DNA of 62,863 nucleotides from Alphaproteobacteria bacterium (GTDB lineage: Bacteria > Pseudomonadota > Alphaproteobacteria > Rickettsiales > JABCZZ01), in NCBI GenBank assembly GCA_013288985.1, contig JABDAT010000004.1, positions 1-62,863 of the forward strand, given 5' to 3'. The notes beneath the pieces were generated by a model. That model saw only the letters and a program-made list of their open reading frames with translations. It was not told the origin of the DNA and did not search any database. How positions within the stretch are numbered: the first letter of the stretch is position 1; each line of letters begins with the position of its first letter. Positions 1 to 9,418 of the stretch are shown one piece after another. Position numbers and translations under genes: made by a program.

Positions 1-455
1 TTGCTGATCTGAAAATTCTGACCTCAAACACTCCGCTTATCGTCCTTGTGAAATATGGTGATTATAATAATGCGACTGAAGCAATGAGCGCAGGCGCCCA
101 GGACTTCCTATGTAAACCGGTGGCAGCGGAACGCATGCGTACTACGCTTTCTAATGCATTTTTACTGCGTGATGCCTGCCGCGATCAGGAATTGTTGCGT
201 CGTGAGCAGATAAATGAAGCAAACCCAATATATCCTGCAATAAAAGGATTAAATAATAATATAAGTCTTGTTTCCATGATTGGCACCGATGGCAATATCC
301 GCCGCATGGAAGAACTAGAAGCTGAAGCGATTCGCTGTGCCATGCAATATTATAATGGCCGCTTAACAGAAGTGGCGCGCAGATTGGGCATCGGACGCTC
401 TACGCTTTACCGGAAACTGCATGACCTCAATATCCGCCCGGCCGAAGCCGCTTAA
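1..455 (+). CDS. 5'-truncated response regulator: receiver C-terminal part joined directly to a Fis-type HTH (TacA/NtrC-like, no AAA+ domain)
   Basis: Frame is open from the window start. AMSAGAQDFLCKPV is a receiver end and EVARRLGIGRSTLYRKL is a Fis HTH, with only a short linker between them. Confidence 0.75.
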   Translation, partial: ADLKILTSNTPLIVLVKYGDYNNATEAMSAGAQDFLCKPVAAERMRTTLSNAFLLRDACRDQELLRREQINEANPIYPAIKGLNNNISLVSMIGTDGNIRRMEELEAEAIRCAMQYYNGRLTEVARRLGIGRSTLYRKLHDLNIRPAEAA

Positions 456-598
456 TTATTGAGAAAACACGGCATAATAATCCAGAATTCTTACTAATTA
501 CTTATTTTTGAAGAAAAAGATTTTTGTTAACCCTTCGTAAAGGATCTCCTTGTATCAATAATCGAGAAACTGTTTTTTGATGATGCAGGGGGTACACA

Positions 599-1261
599 TT
601 GGAAGCTAAACTAAAACTTGCTGAATTATTATGCACGCGTTTGTGTCATGATCTGACCGGGCCTATTGGCGCTATCGCTAACGGTGCTGAATTTTTAAGC
701 GAAGAAGGCTTTGATTTGCAAGGCCAGGCGGTTGAGCTTATCAATAGCAGCGCCGCGCAGGCGGTATCGCGGCTGCAATTTTACCGTAAAGCCTATGGCC
801 GTATCAATGACGATGGAGAAGCCAATCTTGCCGAGCAGAAAAAAATTACCAATGATTTTTTTCTGGGCAGTAAAGTAACGCTGGATTGGCCTGACACCCA
901 TACGGATGCATCAGGTGTATCGGTAAGTTATAAAATGGGCCGGATACTTCTCAATATGATTATTATTGCATCCGCAACCTTATTGCGTGGCGGCGCCCTT
1001 GCCATTCGTATTACCTCTGACAATAATATTAAAGAGATCCGTGTAACGGCTAATGGCACAACCCTGAAATGGGACAAGGAGATTGAAGAAGTGCTGGCGG
1101 GGCATGTGGAACTGATTGCCTTGGCTCCCAAAACGGTGCAAGCTTATCTTACAAAATCATTGGCCGAAGAACTTACGGTTAATCTGTCATGGCAGTTGAA
1201 TGATTCATCCTTTGAGTTAGTTGCACGTCAGCGTGTACAAGTGGAATTAAGTGAAGGTTAG
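599..1261 (+). CDS. chpT: Histidine phosphotransferase ChpT
   Basis: LLCTRLCHDLTGPIGAIANGAEFL and RLQFYRKAYG signatures; next to che genes and ctrA. Confidence 0.92.
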   Translation: MEAKLKLAELLCTRLCHDLTGPIGAIANGAEFLSEEGFDLQGQAVELINSSAAQAVSRLQFYRKAYGRINDDGEANLAEQKKITNDFFLGSKVTLDWPDTHTDASGVSVSYKMGRILLNMIIIASATLLRGGALAIRITSDNNIKEIRVTANGTTLKWDKEIEEVLAGHVELIALAPKTVQAYLTKSLAEELTVNLSWQLNDSSFELVARQRVQVELSEG

Positions 1262-1289
1262 TTGGAGTGAGGGCATGAAGGGTTAAGGC

Positions 1290-3929
1290 ATGGATGATCT
1301 AATCAGCGAATTTATCACTGAGACGTCGGAAAGCATACAGCTCCTTGACTCTGAGCTGGTCAAACTGGAACAAGATCCAGGCAATGCTACTATCCTTGGT
1401 AATATATTCCGGCTTGTCCATACCATCAAAGGAACCTGCGGATTCCTGGGCCTGCCCAGGCTGGAAATGATTGCACATGCTTCGGAGAATGTACTTGGGA
1501 AAATCCGCGACAAGGTGATTCCTGTATCTGCTCAGGCGATTTCACTGATTCTTGAATCGCTGGATTGCATCCGCAGTATTATAGATTACCTGGGTACGCA
1601 TAGCGCAGAGCCTGAAGGCAATGATTCCGGATTAATTGCCAGACTTAACGCATTTGCTGAATCCAAGGGAGTAAGCCAGGGCGCTGCGCCGTCAGCACAA
1701 ACGGAGATTGTAAGCGAAAAAGAAGTGAAGATTGCTGAGCCTCCTGTTCAGGCTTTAGTTGTGGTGCCTTCTGCGTCTGCGCTTCCAGAGGCGATAGATA
1801 TTACCACCAAAGCCAAAGAAACCGCGATTATGGAAGGATTGGCTGCGGGGGCAAAAGAACAGGGTAATGTTGCCGGTGGCGCAGCGCAGATGCAGTCAAT
1901 ACGCGTCAATATAGATGTGCTGGAAAATCTCATGCAGATGGTAAGTGAACTGGTCCTTACCCGCAATCAATTGCTCCAGATTGTCAAAGCGCGCAATGAT
2001 CATGTTTTTGCTGCGCCCTTACAGCATTTGAGCCATATCACTTCCGAACTGCAGGAAGGCATTATGAAAACGCGCATGCAGCCTATTGGCAATGCCTGGG
2101 CCAATTTTCCGCGTCTCATACGCGATTTATCGCATGATCTTGGCAAGAAAGTGGATTTGCGCATGATAGGCGCGGAAACAGAACTTGATCGCCAACTGCT
2201 GGAAATGATTAAGGATCCGCTTACTCATATGGTGCGCAATTCAGCCGATCATGGCCTTGAGCTGCCGGCTGAACGCATAAAAGCAGGCAAGCCTGAGATG
2301 GGTGTGGTTACGATTTCCGCGTTTCATGAAGGCGGGCATATTATCATTGAGATTATGGATGACGGGCGTGGCCTCCATATCGAAAAAATCAAACAAAAAG
2401 CCATTGCAAACGGCATTACTACGGAAGCGGAGCAGGCCATGCTCAGCGATCAGCAAATCATGCAGTTTATTTTCCGCCCTGGTTTTTCGACGGCAGAGAA
2501 AGTTACCAGTATATCCGGCCGCGGTGTCGGCATGGATGTAGTGCGCACAAATATTGAGAAAATAGGCGGTACCGTTGAGCTCAGCTCCACGTTTGGCAAG
2601 GGGTCTAAATTCAGTATTAAAATCCCGCTGACGCTGGCTATTATCTCCGTTCTCATTGTCGAATCCGGCGGAGAACGGTTTGCGTTGCCGCAGATTAATG
2701 TCCAGGAGTTGGTGCGCGTGGGAGGGGATTCCACATACAATGTTGAACGCATTAATAATGCCTCAGTACTGCGTTTGCGCGAGAAATTATTGCCGATGGT
2801 ATCGCTGGCGCAGATTCTGGAATTACCTGTGAGGCCGCAATCGGAAAATGAAACGGCTTTTGTCGCCGTGTGCCGGGTGGGTGGGTATAGTTTTGGCCTC
2901 ATAGTGGATCGCGTGTTCGATACCGAAGAAATCGTAGTGAAACCCACGTCGGAAGTTTTGAAAAACATTCCGCTTTATGCCGGGAATACTATTCTTGGGG
3001 ATGGGAATGTTATCATGATTCTCGATCCTAACGGCCTTGCACGCGCTACCGGCGAACGTGAAATTACCGGCGATGGCAATGATACTGCAAATCTCCAGGA
3101 TACTGCAAAGAATGCTAATCTTATCGATTTTCTTCTCTTCAAGGCAGGCAAGGGGTCGCGCAAGGCCGTGCCGCTTGAATTAGTATCGCGTCTTGAAGAA
3201 ATTGATATGACCCAGGTTGAGATGTCAGGTGATCATCCGGTGGTGCAATACCGCGGCGAACTTATGCGGCTGCAATTTCTGGAGGCATCGGAAATGCTGC
3301 CTAAGGAAGGCACAAAAGAAATAGTGGTTTTTACGTATGACAATCATACGCTGGGATTAGTGGTGGACGAAATTATCGATATTGTCAGTGCGCCTTATGA
3401 GATTAAATTACTGTCGACGGAAAAAGGATTCCTGGGCAGTATGGTAATTGAAGAAAAGACGACGGATATTGTAGACGTGACGTTCCTGTTGCGTGATATT
3501 GTGCCTCATGAAAGTATAGATGAAAATGCTTTCAAGCATGTAAGGGGCGCTAAGCTGTTGTTAGTAGAGGACAGTCCCTTCTTCCGCAGTCTTACCGTCC
3601 CGTTCCTGGCGTCATCTGGTTATAAAGTAAGCGCGGTGGGCAGTGCCAAAGAAGCATTGCAGTTGCTTGAGTCGGAACCTGATTTTGATGTCATTGTCAG
3701 TGATATAGAGATGCCGGAAATGGATGGTTACGCCTTTGCTGAAGCCTGCTGCCATCATCCTAAATTATCGCATATACCTTTGTTCGCATTCAGCGCGACC
3801 AAAAATGAAGAAAATGTTCAAAAAGGCAAACGCGCCGGTTTTAAGGACTTTATTATCAAGACCGATAGGGCGGCTTTATTACAAGCCATTGCGGCGACAT
3901 TACGCTCCACTATGAAGGAGGATGCTTAA
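1290..3929 (+). CDS. cheA: Chemotaxis histidine kinase CheA (Hpt, HATPase, two CheW domains, C-terminal receiver)
   Basis: IFRLVHTIKGTCGF Hpt, HMVRNSADHG, SGRGVGMDVV, and LLVEDS...SDIEMPEMDG receiver. Confidence 0.97.
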   Translation: MDDLISEFITETSESIQLLDSELVKLEQDPGNATILGNIFRLVHTIKGTCGFLGLPRLEMIAHASENVLGKIRDKVIPVSAQAISLILESLDCIRSIIDYLGTHSAEPEGNDSGLIARLNAFAESKGVSQGAAPSAQTEIVSEKEVKIAEPPVQALVVVPSASALPEAIDITTKAKETAIMEGLAAGAKEQGNVAGGAAQMQSIRVNIDVLENLMQMVSELVLTRNQLLQIVKARNDHVFAAPLQHLSHITSELQEGIMKTRMQPIGNAWANFPRLIRDLSHDLGKKVDLRMIGAETELDRQLLEMIKDPLTHMVRNSADHGLELPAERIKAGKPEMGVVTISAFHEGGHIIIEIMDDGRGLHIEKIKQKAIANGITTEAEQAMLSDQQIMQFIFRPGFSTAEKVTSISGRGVGMDVVRTNIEKIGGTVELSSTFGKGSKFSIKIPLTLAIISVLIVESGGERFALPQINVQELVRVGGDSTYNVERINNASVLRLREKLLPMVSLAQILELPVRPQSENETAFVAVCRVGGYSFGLIVDRVFDTEEIVVKPTSEVLKNIPLYAGNTILGDGNVIMILDPNGLARATGEREITGDGNDTANLQDTAKNANLIDFLLFKAGKGSRKAVPLELVSRLEEIDMTQVEMSGDHPVVQYRGELMRLQFLEASEMLPKEGTKEIVVFTYDNHTLGLVVDEIIDIVSAPYEIKLLSTEKGFLGSMVIEEKTTDIVDVTFLLRDIVPHESIDENAFKHVRGAKLLLVEDSPFFRSLTVPFLASSGYKVSAVGSAKEALQLLESEPDFDVIVSDIEMPEMDGYAFAEACCHHPKLSHIPLFAFSATKNEENVQKGKRAGFKDFIIKTDRAALLQAIAATLRSTMKEDA

Positions 3930-4408
3930 TGACAAAGGCGCTGCAACGTATGTCTGATCTGAATGCATATAATGCTAAAGCGCAGGACAAAGAGTTTGTG
4001 ACCATGCGCGTGGCAGGCCAATTGTTTGGCATATCGGTGATGGAGGTGCAGGATGTCTTGCGCGGCCTTAAAGTGGCGCATGTTCCTCTTGCGCCTCAGG
4101 AAATAGTGGGATCACTTAATCTACGCGGGCGTATCGTAACAGCGATAGATATGCGTATCTGCCTTGGCCTTGCGCAAGGAGATCCCGTACCCAAACATAT
4201 GATTATGAGTGTAGTGGTGGAGCATAAGAATGAATGTTTCAGCCTCATAGTGGATTCTGTCGGCGAAGTGGTGAGCCTGCCCTTTGATCAGTTGGAAAAG
4301 AATCCCGCCAACCTCTCAGGTAGGTGGAAAGAAGTGGCATCGGGCATATATAAATTGCAGGACGATTTACTTATTATTCTTGATATACAGAAATTATTAA
4401 AATTTTGA
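3929..4408 (+). CDS. cheW: Chemotaxis coupling protein CheW
   Basis: GSLNLRGRIVTAIDMR and LIVDSVGEV motifs; overlaps the cheA stop. Confidence 0.95.
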   Translation: MTKALQRMSDLNAYNAKAQDKEFVTMRVAGQLFGISVMEVQDVLRGLKVAHVPLAPQEIVGSLNLRGRIVTAIDMRICLGLAQGDPVPKHMIMSVVVEHKNECFSLIVDSVGEVVSLPFDQLEKNPANLSGRWKEVASGIYKLQDDLLIILDIQKLLKF

Positions 4409-4415
4409 GCATGTT

Positions 4416-4631
4416 ATGAAATTAAAGACCCTTTTATTTCTTTTGCTGAGTTGTGGATTTGTTCTTTCTCTTGCTGGCTGTGCGGCCGATCAGGAAATGG
4501 GATTATGTACTACACTTGGATGGTGTGACTCCGAATGTGATGAAGATAGCGGTGATTGCGGCGATACGGCTCCGTCGCCGGAATCCAGCCACACTACGCA
4601 TCATGGCACCTATGAAGACATTGCCCATTAG
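4416..4631 (+). CDS. Small Cys/Asp/His-rich putative lipoprotein
   Basis: Signal peptide with LAGC lipobox; fills the cheW-cheY gap. Confidence 0.55.
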   Translation: MKLKTLLFLLLSCGFVLSLAGCAADQEMGLCTTLGWCDSECDEDSGDCGDTAPSPESSHTTHHGTYEDIAH

Positions 4632-4649
4632 ACACATTATAACTGCAGT

Positions 4650-5021
4650 ATGTTCATGAAACATTGTCTTATCGTTGATGATTCTCGGGTGGTGCGCAAG
4701 GTTGCAAGCCGCATAATCGATAAGCTCGGCTTTGCTATATCGGAAGCGGAAAACGGGCTTGCGGCGCTTGAGTCATGCAAACAGCAATTTCCCGATCTCA
4801 TCTTGCTTGACTGGTACATGCCCGTTATGGACGGCATTGAGTTTCTGCGTGAACTTCGGGCATTACAGGGAGGCGATAAACCCGTTGTTATATTCTGCAC
4901 CACCGAGAATGAAATGGGGCATATTCAGCAAGCGCTCATCGCGGGTGCAAATGAATATATCATGAAGCCTTTTGATGAAGAAATACTGACCAGCAAGCTC
5001 TCTGAAGCGGGAATGCTGTAG
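4650..5021 (+). CDS. cheY: Chemotaxis response regulator CheY
   Basis: CLIVDDS, LLDWYMPVMDG, FCTTEN, YIMKPFD. Confidence 0.93.
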   Translation: MFMKHCLIVDDSRVVRKVASRIIDKLGFAISEAENGLAALESCKQQFPDLILLDWYMPVMDGIEFLRELRALQGGDKPVVIFCTTENEMGHIQQALIAGANEYIMKPFDEEILTSKLSEAGML

Positions 5022-6077
5022 GTGACAGCACATCCGCCATGTCCCGTTCGTGTAATGATTGTAGAAGATTCAGCCGTCATGCGCGGGCTGATAACACATG
5101 CACTGGAAGATGTGCCGGAAATTCAAATTGTGGCTACGGCATTTGATGGAGCCATGGCCATTGAGAATCTCAAGCATACGCAAGCCGATGTTATTTTGCT
5201 TGATATTGAAATGCCTTGCATGGATGGCATTACGGCGCTTCCGCAATTGCTTAAAATTTCTCCGCAATCGCGTGTCATTATGGTGTCAGATTTAATGTTG
5301 CCTAATGCAACTATCACGCTGCGAGCTCTTGAACTAGGTGCCTCAGATTATATTGCCAAACCCAGTGCGCGTAATAATCAAAACGAAACGCAGCAATTTT
5401 ATCGCGATCTCATACAAAAGATCAAAGCACTGACACCCCACCGTCATATGGACAGCGTATCTGCAGAATTACTACGTTACCATGCGCTCGCTTATCCTAC
5501 GATTCCTGTGAAGGCCATTGCTATCGGCTCCTCTACAGGCGGGCCGCAGGCGCTTGGTACTATATTTGAAGGGCTTGCCTCCCAGTTTCCGCGCCAGCCT
5601 GTGTTTATTACCCAGCATATGCCCTCTGGTTTTACAACGATTCTTGCCCGGCATCTCAGTCAACTTGTTCAGCACCCATGTGTGGAAGGCAAGGACGGCG
5701 AAGTGGTGCAGGATAGTTCAGTTTATCTGGCGCCTGGCGATTATCATATGGTGCCGGAAAAATTGGGCAGCAAAACGATTATCCGCATCAATCAGGATCC
5801 TTTGGTAAATTTCTGCCGCCCTGCGATTGATCCCATGCTGCACGCACTCTTGAAAATTTATGGCAAACATCTTCTTGTGGTAATTCTGACGGGTATGGGG
5901 TGTGATGGATTGGCAGGTTCGCGTGCGATAGCGGCACAAGGAGGCACTATAATCGCCCAGGATGCGGGTACGTCTGTAGTGTGGGGAATGCCGCGCGCTG
6001 TCACAGAAAGTAAGTTATGCAGTGCTGTGCTGCCTGTCAATGAGATCGCCCCTTATATTATAAGGGCCTGTATATGA
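5022..6077 (+). CDS. cheB: Chemotaxis methylesterase CheB
   Basis: Receiver plus IGSSTGGPQAL, TQHMP, LTGMGCDG, VVWGMP. Confidence 0.96.
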   Translation: MTAHPPCPVRVMIVEDSAVMRGLITHALEDVPEIQIVATAFDGAMAIENLKHTQADVILLDIEMPCMDGITALPQLLKISPQSRVIMVSDLMLPNATITLRALELGASDYIAKPSARNNQNETQQFYRDLIQKIKALTPHRHMDSVSAELLRYHALAYPTIPVKAIAIGSSTGGPQALGTIFEGLASQFPRQPVFITQHMPSGFTTILARHLSQLVQHPCVEGKDGEVVQDSSVYLAPGDYHMVPEKLGSKTIIRINQDPLVNFCRPAIDPMLHALLKIYGKHLLVVILTGMGCDGLAGSRAIAAQGGTIIAQDAGTSVVWGMPRAVTESKLCSAVLPVNEIAPYIIRACI

Positions 6078-6886
6078 ATGCTGAGGAATTTAATTTTATC
6101 AGTCTGCTGCTTAAGAAACGTTCTGGTCTTGCGATTGACACCGATAAAACCTATCTTCTGGAAAGCCGCCTGCTTCCCATTGCCCGCCAGTGCGGTGTGC
6201 AGGATCTATCTGAATTTGTACAATTATTGAAAACAAAACCTGCCGAAAATGTTATTGCGGAAGTGGTGGATGCAATGACTACGAATGAGTCCATGTTTTT
6301 TCGTGACAAGAAGCCGTTTGATCAGCTTCGCCAAATTATACTTCCGCGAATAAAGAAAATACACCGCAGTGGTAAGATACGCATCTGGTGTGCAGCCTGT
6401 TCTAACGGTCAGGAGCCTTATTCTGTTGCCATGGCACTGCTTGAGGAGGCGGAAAATATGGCGGGATTTACGTATGAAATACTCGCAACTGATATTTCAT
6501 TGCGTGTGCTTGCAAAAGCAAAAGAAGGATTATACAGCCAATTCGAAGTGCAGCGCGGACTTCCCGTTCAAATGCTTCTTAAATATTTTCAGCAAAAACC
6601 GGGAGCTCTTTGGCAGGTGAATGCTATTTTACAGGATATGGTGACGTTCCGGCAGCAGAACTTATTGGATGATCTGACAAAACTTGGAAAGTTTGATATT
6701 ATTTTGTGCCGCAATGTGCTTATTTATTTTGATGACCCTATGAAACGCGCTATCCTCGGCAGGATAAGCCAACTGCTGCATCCGGAAAGCGTATTGATGC
6801 TGGGAAGTGCAGAAACAGTTATTGGAATAAGTGATAAATATCAATTACTTGGTAATGAGCGCGGCATACATATACTCGCCGTTTAA
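6074..6886 (+). CDS. cheR: Chemotaxis methyltransferase CheR
   Basis: MTTNESMFFRD, IWCAACSNGQEPYS, FDIILCRNVLIYF. Confidence 0.96.
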   Translation: MNAEEFNFISLLLKKRSGLAIDTDKTYLLESRLLPIARQCGVQDLSEFVQLLKTKPAENVIAEVVDAMTTNESMFFRDKKPFDQLRQIILPRIKKIHRSGKIRIWCAACSNGQEPYSVAMALLEEAENMAGFTYEILATDISLRVLAKAKEGLYSQFEVQRGLPVQMLLKYFQQKPGALWQVNAILQDMVTFRQQNLLDDLTKLGKFDIILCRNVLIYFDDPMKRAILGRISQLLHPESVLMLGSAETVIGISDKYQLLGNERGIHILAV

Positions 6887-6902
6887 AAAACGGCGAGTAT
6901 AT
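6870..6902. terminator. Bidirectional hairpin between convergent cheR and ctrA
   Basis: ATATACTCGCCGTTT-AAA-AAACGGCGAGTATAT, a perfect 15-bp stem. Confidence 0.75.
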
Positions 6903-6911
6903 TAGTAATGC

Positions 6912-7637
6912 CTATACCGCAGCTTCTTCAATATCTTCTTCGATATATTTGTTGCCCAGACCGTCGGGTTCTTTGAGTACGTAACCACGTCCCCATACCG
7001 TTTCAATGTAATTCTCTCCGCCGGCTGCATGCGCAAGTTTTTTGCGCAGCTTACAGACGAAGACGTCGATGATTTTAAGTTCAGGTTCGTCAATGCCACC
7101 GTAAAGATGATTTAAGAACATTTCTTTTGTAAGCGTTGAACCCTTACGCAAACTTAAGAGTTCAATAATACCATATTCTTTGCTGGTGAGATGCAGGGGC
7201 TTGCTATCGACTTCAACAGAGCGCGTGTCAAGATTGACGGAAAGCTTGCCGGTGCGGATAACCGACTCAGAGTGGCCTTTTGAGCGGCGCACAATGGCCT
7301 GGATACGAGCGATGAGCTCACCTTTGTTAAAGGGTTTGGTAAGATAATCGTCGGCGCCATAACCCAATCCTTTGATTTTTTGATCAGGACCGGAGAGGCC
7401 AGAAAGAATGAGGATTGGCGTGGTGATTTTTGCAGCACGGAAGCGGCGTAATACTTCATACCCATCAATATCCGGTAGCATCAAATCAAGGATTATGATA
7501 TCATAATCGTAAATTTTACCAATTTCCAAGCCCTCTTCTCCGAGTTCGGTTGTATCACAGATGATACCCTCAGACGCGAGCGAGAGCTCGATTGCCTTGG
7601 CGGTAGATGAATCGTCTTCTACTAATAGAACGCGCAT
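6912..7637 (-). CDS. ctrA: Cell-cycle master response regulator CtrA
   Basis: MRVLLVEDD...[34 protein letters not shown]...[10 protein letters not shown]. Confidence 0.97.
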   Translation of the reverse strand: MRVLLVEDDSSTAKAIELSLASEGIICDTTELGEEGLEIGKIYDYDIIILDLMLPDIDGYEVLRRFRAAKITTPILILSGLSGPDQKIKGLGYGADDYLTKPFNKGELIARIQAIVRRSKGHSESVIRTGKLSVNLDTRSVEVDSKPLHLTSKEYGIIELLSLRKGSTLTKEMFLNHLYGGIDEPELKIIDVFVCKLRKKLAHAAGGENYIETVWGRGYVLKEPDGLGNKYIEEDIEEAAV

Positions 7638-7701
7638 TGTGCCCCCAATTGTTAATTTTCAGTATTCAGCAAAGGTTAATATATAACCATATTTTGTATA
7701 A

Positions 7702-7716
7702 TTAAACAACTGTTAA
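7702..7716. promoter_or_regulatory. CtrA box upstream of ctrA (autoregulation)
   Basis: TTAA-ACAACTG-TTAA is a perfect TTAA-N7-TTAA. Further half-sites lie at about 7674 and 7751. Confidence 0.7.
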
Positions 7717-7855
7717 TATTTGCCGTAAGACACAATGCATTATTTGATATTTAACCATAAGTTGAGGTTTTATGGCCCCTCCTCATAGAGGAAGGGAGGA
7801 GACAATTGGTTAATATACTCTAAAATTTAGATTAATTGCGTTGGATTGCCCGTTT

Positions 7856-8134
7856 CTATCGCCCTCTTCCGCCGCCGTCGCTTGTGCCGGCAAACCGATT
7901 CCAGCGATCGTCTGAAAGACGTTTACTGTTATTCAGCCGGTTGCGGATGGAAACAAGCTGGGCGCTCCAGATTTTTTCTTCTTCTTTAAGCCTTTTCTCG
8001 GTAGGCTTTATTTCAATTTCAGGCGCGCCTATATCTACCTTTTCACGATGCAATTCAGCATGCTGGAATATCATCCAGTTGCGCTTATTGCGCTCGCGAA
8101 TCTTCTTCTTTTTATCTTCTTCCTGGCGTGACAA
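7856..8134 (-). CDS. Hypothetical basic protein
   Basis: 92-aa ORF with a GGAGA RBS, following the 8150-8305 ORF. Confidence 0.55.
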   Translation of the reverse strand: MSRQEEDKKKKIRERNKRNWMIFQHAELHREKVDIGAPEIEIKPTEKRLKEEEKIWSAQLVSIRNRLNNSKRLSDDRWNRFAGTSDGGGRGR

Positions 8135-8149
8135 CGATGGAGTCTCCCC

Positions 8150-8305
8150 TTAAATATTTTTGCTGTCGCCGCGCGAGTCTTTTATTTGCTTGCGCCGCAA
8201 CAGATTGCGCCGCAATGCTATAGCAAGCTTTTCCTTTTGTTGGACAGATTTCTTAGAAGATGCATCAGATTTATTATCCGCTATGGGTTGGTTTTTTGTA
8301 TCCAT
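8150..8305 (-). CDS. Small conserved-type alphaproteobacterial hypothetical protein
   Basis: EKLAIALRRNLLRRK motif; ATG at 8305; divergent from tRNA-Thr. Confidence 0.6.
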   Translation of the reverse strand: MDTKNQPIADNKSDASSKKSVQQKEKLAIALRRNLLRRKQIKDSRGDSKNI

Positions 8306-8460
8306 ATGATTTTTCTTTTTTCTTTGACTCTTTACTACTTTATCTAAATTACACGTTGGGGCCATTAAGGTCAAATGACGCTTGCGTTACGAATAGGGTT
8401 GTGGCATTTTCGCGCGCGTTTAGCAAACGCCTGATAATTTCAGGCTTTTTTAATGAAGCC

Positions 8461-8497
8461 GCCGCTATAGCTCAGGGGCAGAGCACGTCATTGGTAA
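8461..8497 (+). pseudogene. Orphan 5' half of tRNA-Thr(GGT), ending in the anticodon loop
   Basis: 37 nt identical to 8596-8632, followed by non-tRNA sequence. Confidence 0.9.
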
Positions 8498-8595
8498 GGG
8501 TAAGCTCTGGGTTATATTGGTAAGAGAATAGAAGAAGTTAACTAAAACCAATTTCTTCCGGGTAGTGTACGGGGGAGTTTGGAATGAGTAAAAAG

Positions 8596-8670
8596 GCCGC
8601 TATAGCTCAGGGGCAGAGCACGTCATTGGTAATGACGGGGTCGCATGTTCGATTCATGCTAGCGGCACCA
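8596..8670 (+). tRNA. tRNA-Thr(GGT); its 3' part is attL of the satellite
   Basis: GCCGCTA/TAGCGGC acceptor stem, CGTCA-TTGGTAA-TGACG anticodon arm, GTTCGATTC T-loop, encoded CCA. Confidence 0.97.
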
Positions 8671-8724
8671 TTTTAATAAATATAAATTGCCCTGATTAAG
8701 CCGTTTATTTGGCTTGGAGCATTT

Positions 8725-9417
8725 TTATCCTATATATTCCCTAAATAAGACCTTTGCATAATTTTTACCGTAGAATCCGATAATAACTTTGCTAAACGCA
8801 ATTAGCATTAAATATGTGAGCAATGTACAGATGCTGATTAACACCGCCAAATAAATCTTAACGTATGTACTGAAGAAAACTATATTGATAATAGAAAAAC
8901 ATATTCCAAGGACTGCCCCGCCAATTACATTTCGCATCGCTCCATATTCAATATTATGTTGTAATAAGAAGGAGTTTTTATGCAGTTTTTTTCTAATAAG
9001 CGCCATCGTTTCAACAATTCTTGTGCGCGCTGAATTTTCGTCTTTGGTTTCCTCTTTTTTAGTAGGTAATTTAATATTAAAATCGTGAGAAACTTTATCA
9101 CGAAATTTATTTTTATAGTCATCACTATAGGTTTTATCTCCGAACATCATAAACGTTGTTGTGGGCATTTGTGATTCTTCTTTGAAATACGCACGTTCAA
9201 ACACATTTTTGCCAAATAATCGACCTGTTTCAGATAAAAAATATAAGCATACACCTGATATAGTCAGATTGGATATAATCTTAGCACCCAAAACACCGCC
9301 AACAAATTTTGCAAATTCCTCACTTACGAAGAAGTGGTTAAATACCATTATTGGAAGAATGATTGAAAAAATAGCAGGTAAAATACGTCCCTTTAAAGCA
9401 TAAGCACTGAATACCAT
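8725..9417 (-). CDS. Putative 4-TM membrane protein (candidate defence effector)
   Basis: Two N-terminal and two C-terminal hydrophobic segments around a soluble domain (HNIEYGAMRN); starts 1 nt after the upstream MBL gene stop. Confidence 0.75.
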   Translation of the reverse strand: MVFSAYALKGRILPAIFSIILPIMVFNHFFVSEEFAKFVGGVLGAKIISNLTISGVCLYFLSETGRLFGKNVFERAYFKEESQMPTTTFMMFGDKTYSDDYKNKFRDKVSHDFNIKLPTKKEETKDENSARTRIVETMALIRKKLHKNSFLLQHNIEYGAMRNVIGGAVLGICFSIINIVFFSTYVKIYLAVLISICTLLTYLMLIAFSKVIIGFYGKNYAKVLFREYIG

Positions 9418-9418
9418 A

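Noticed and set aside
8498-8595. Intron in the tRNA-Thr anticodon loop
   Set aside because: It is followed by a complete tRNA rather than a 3' exon, and it is too short for a group I intron.
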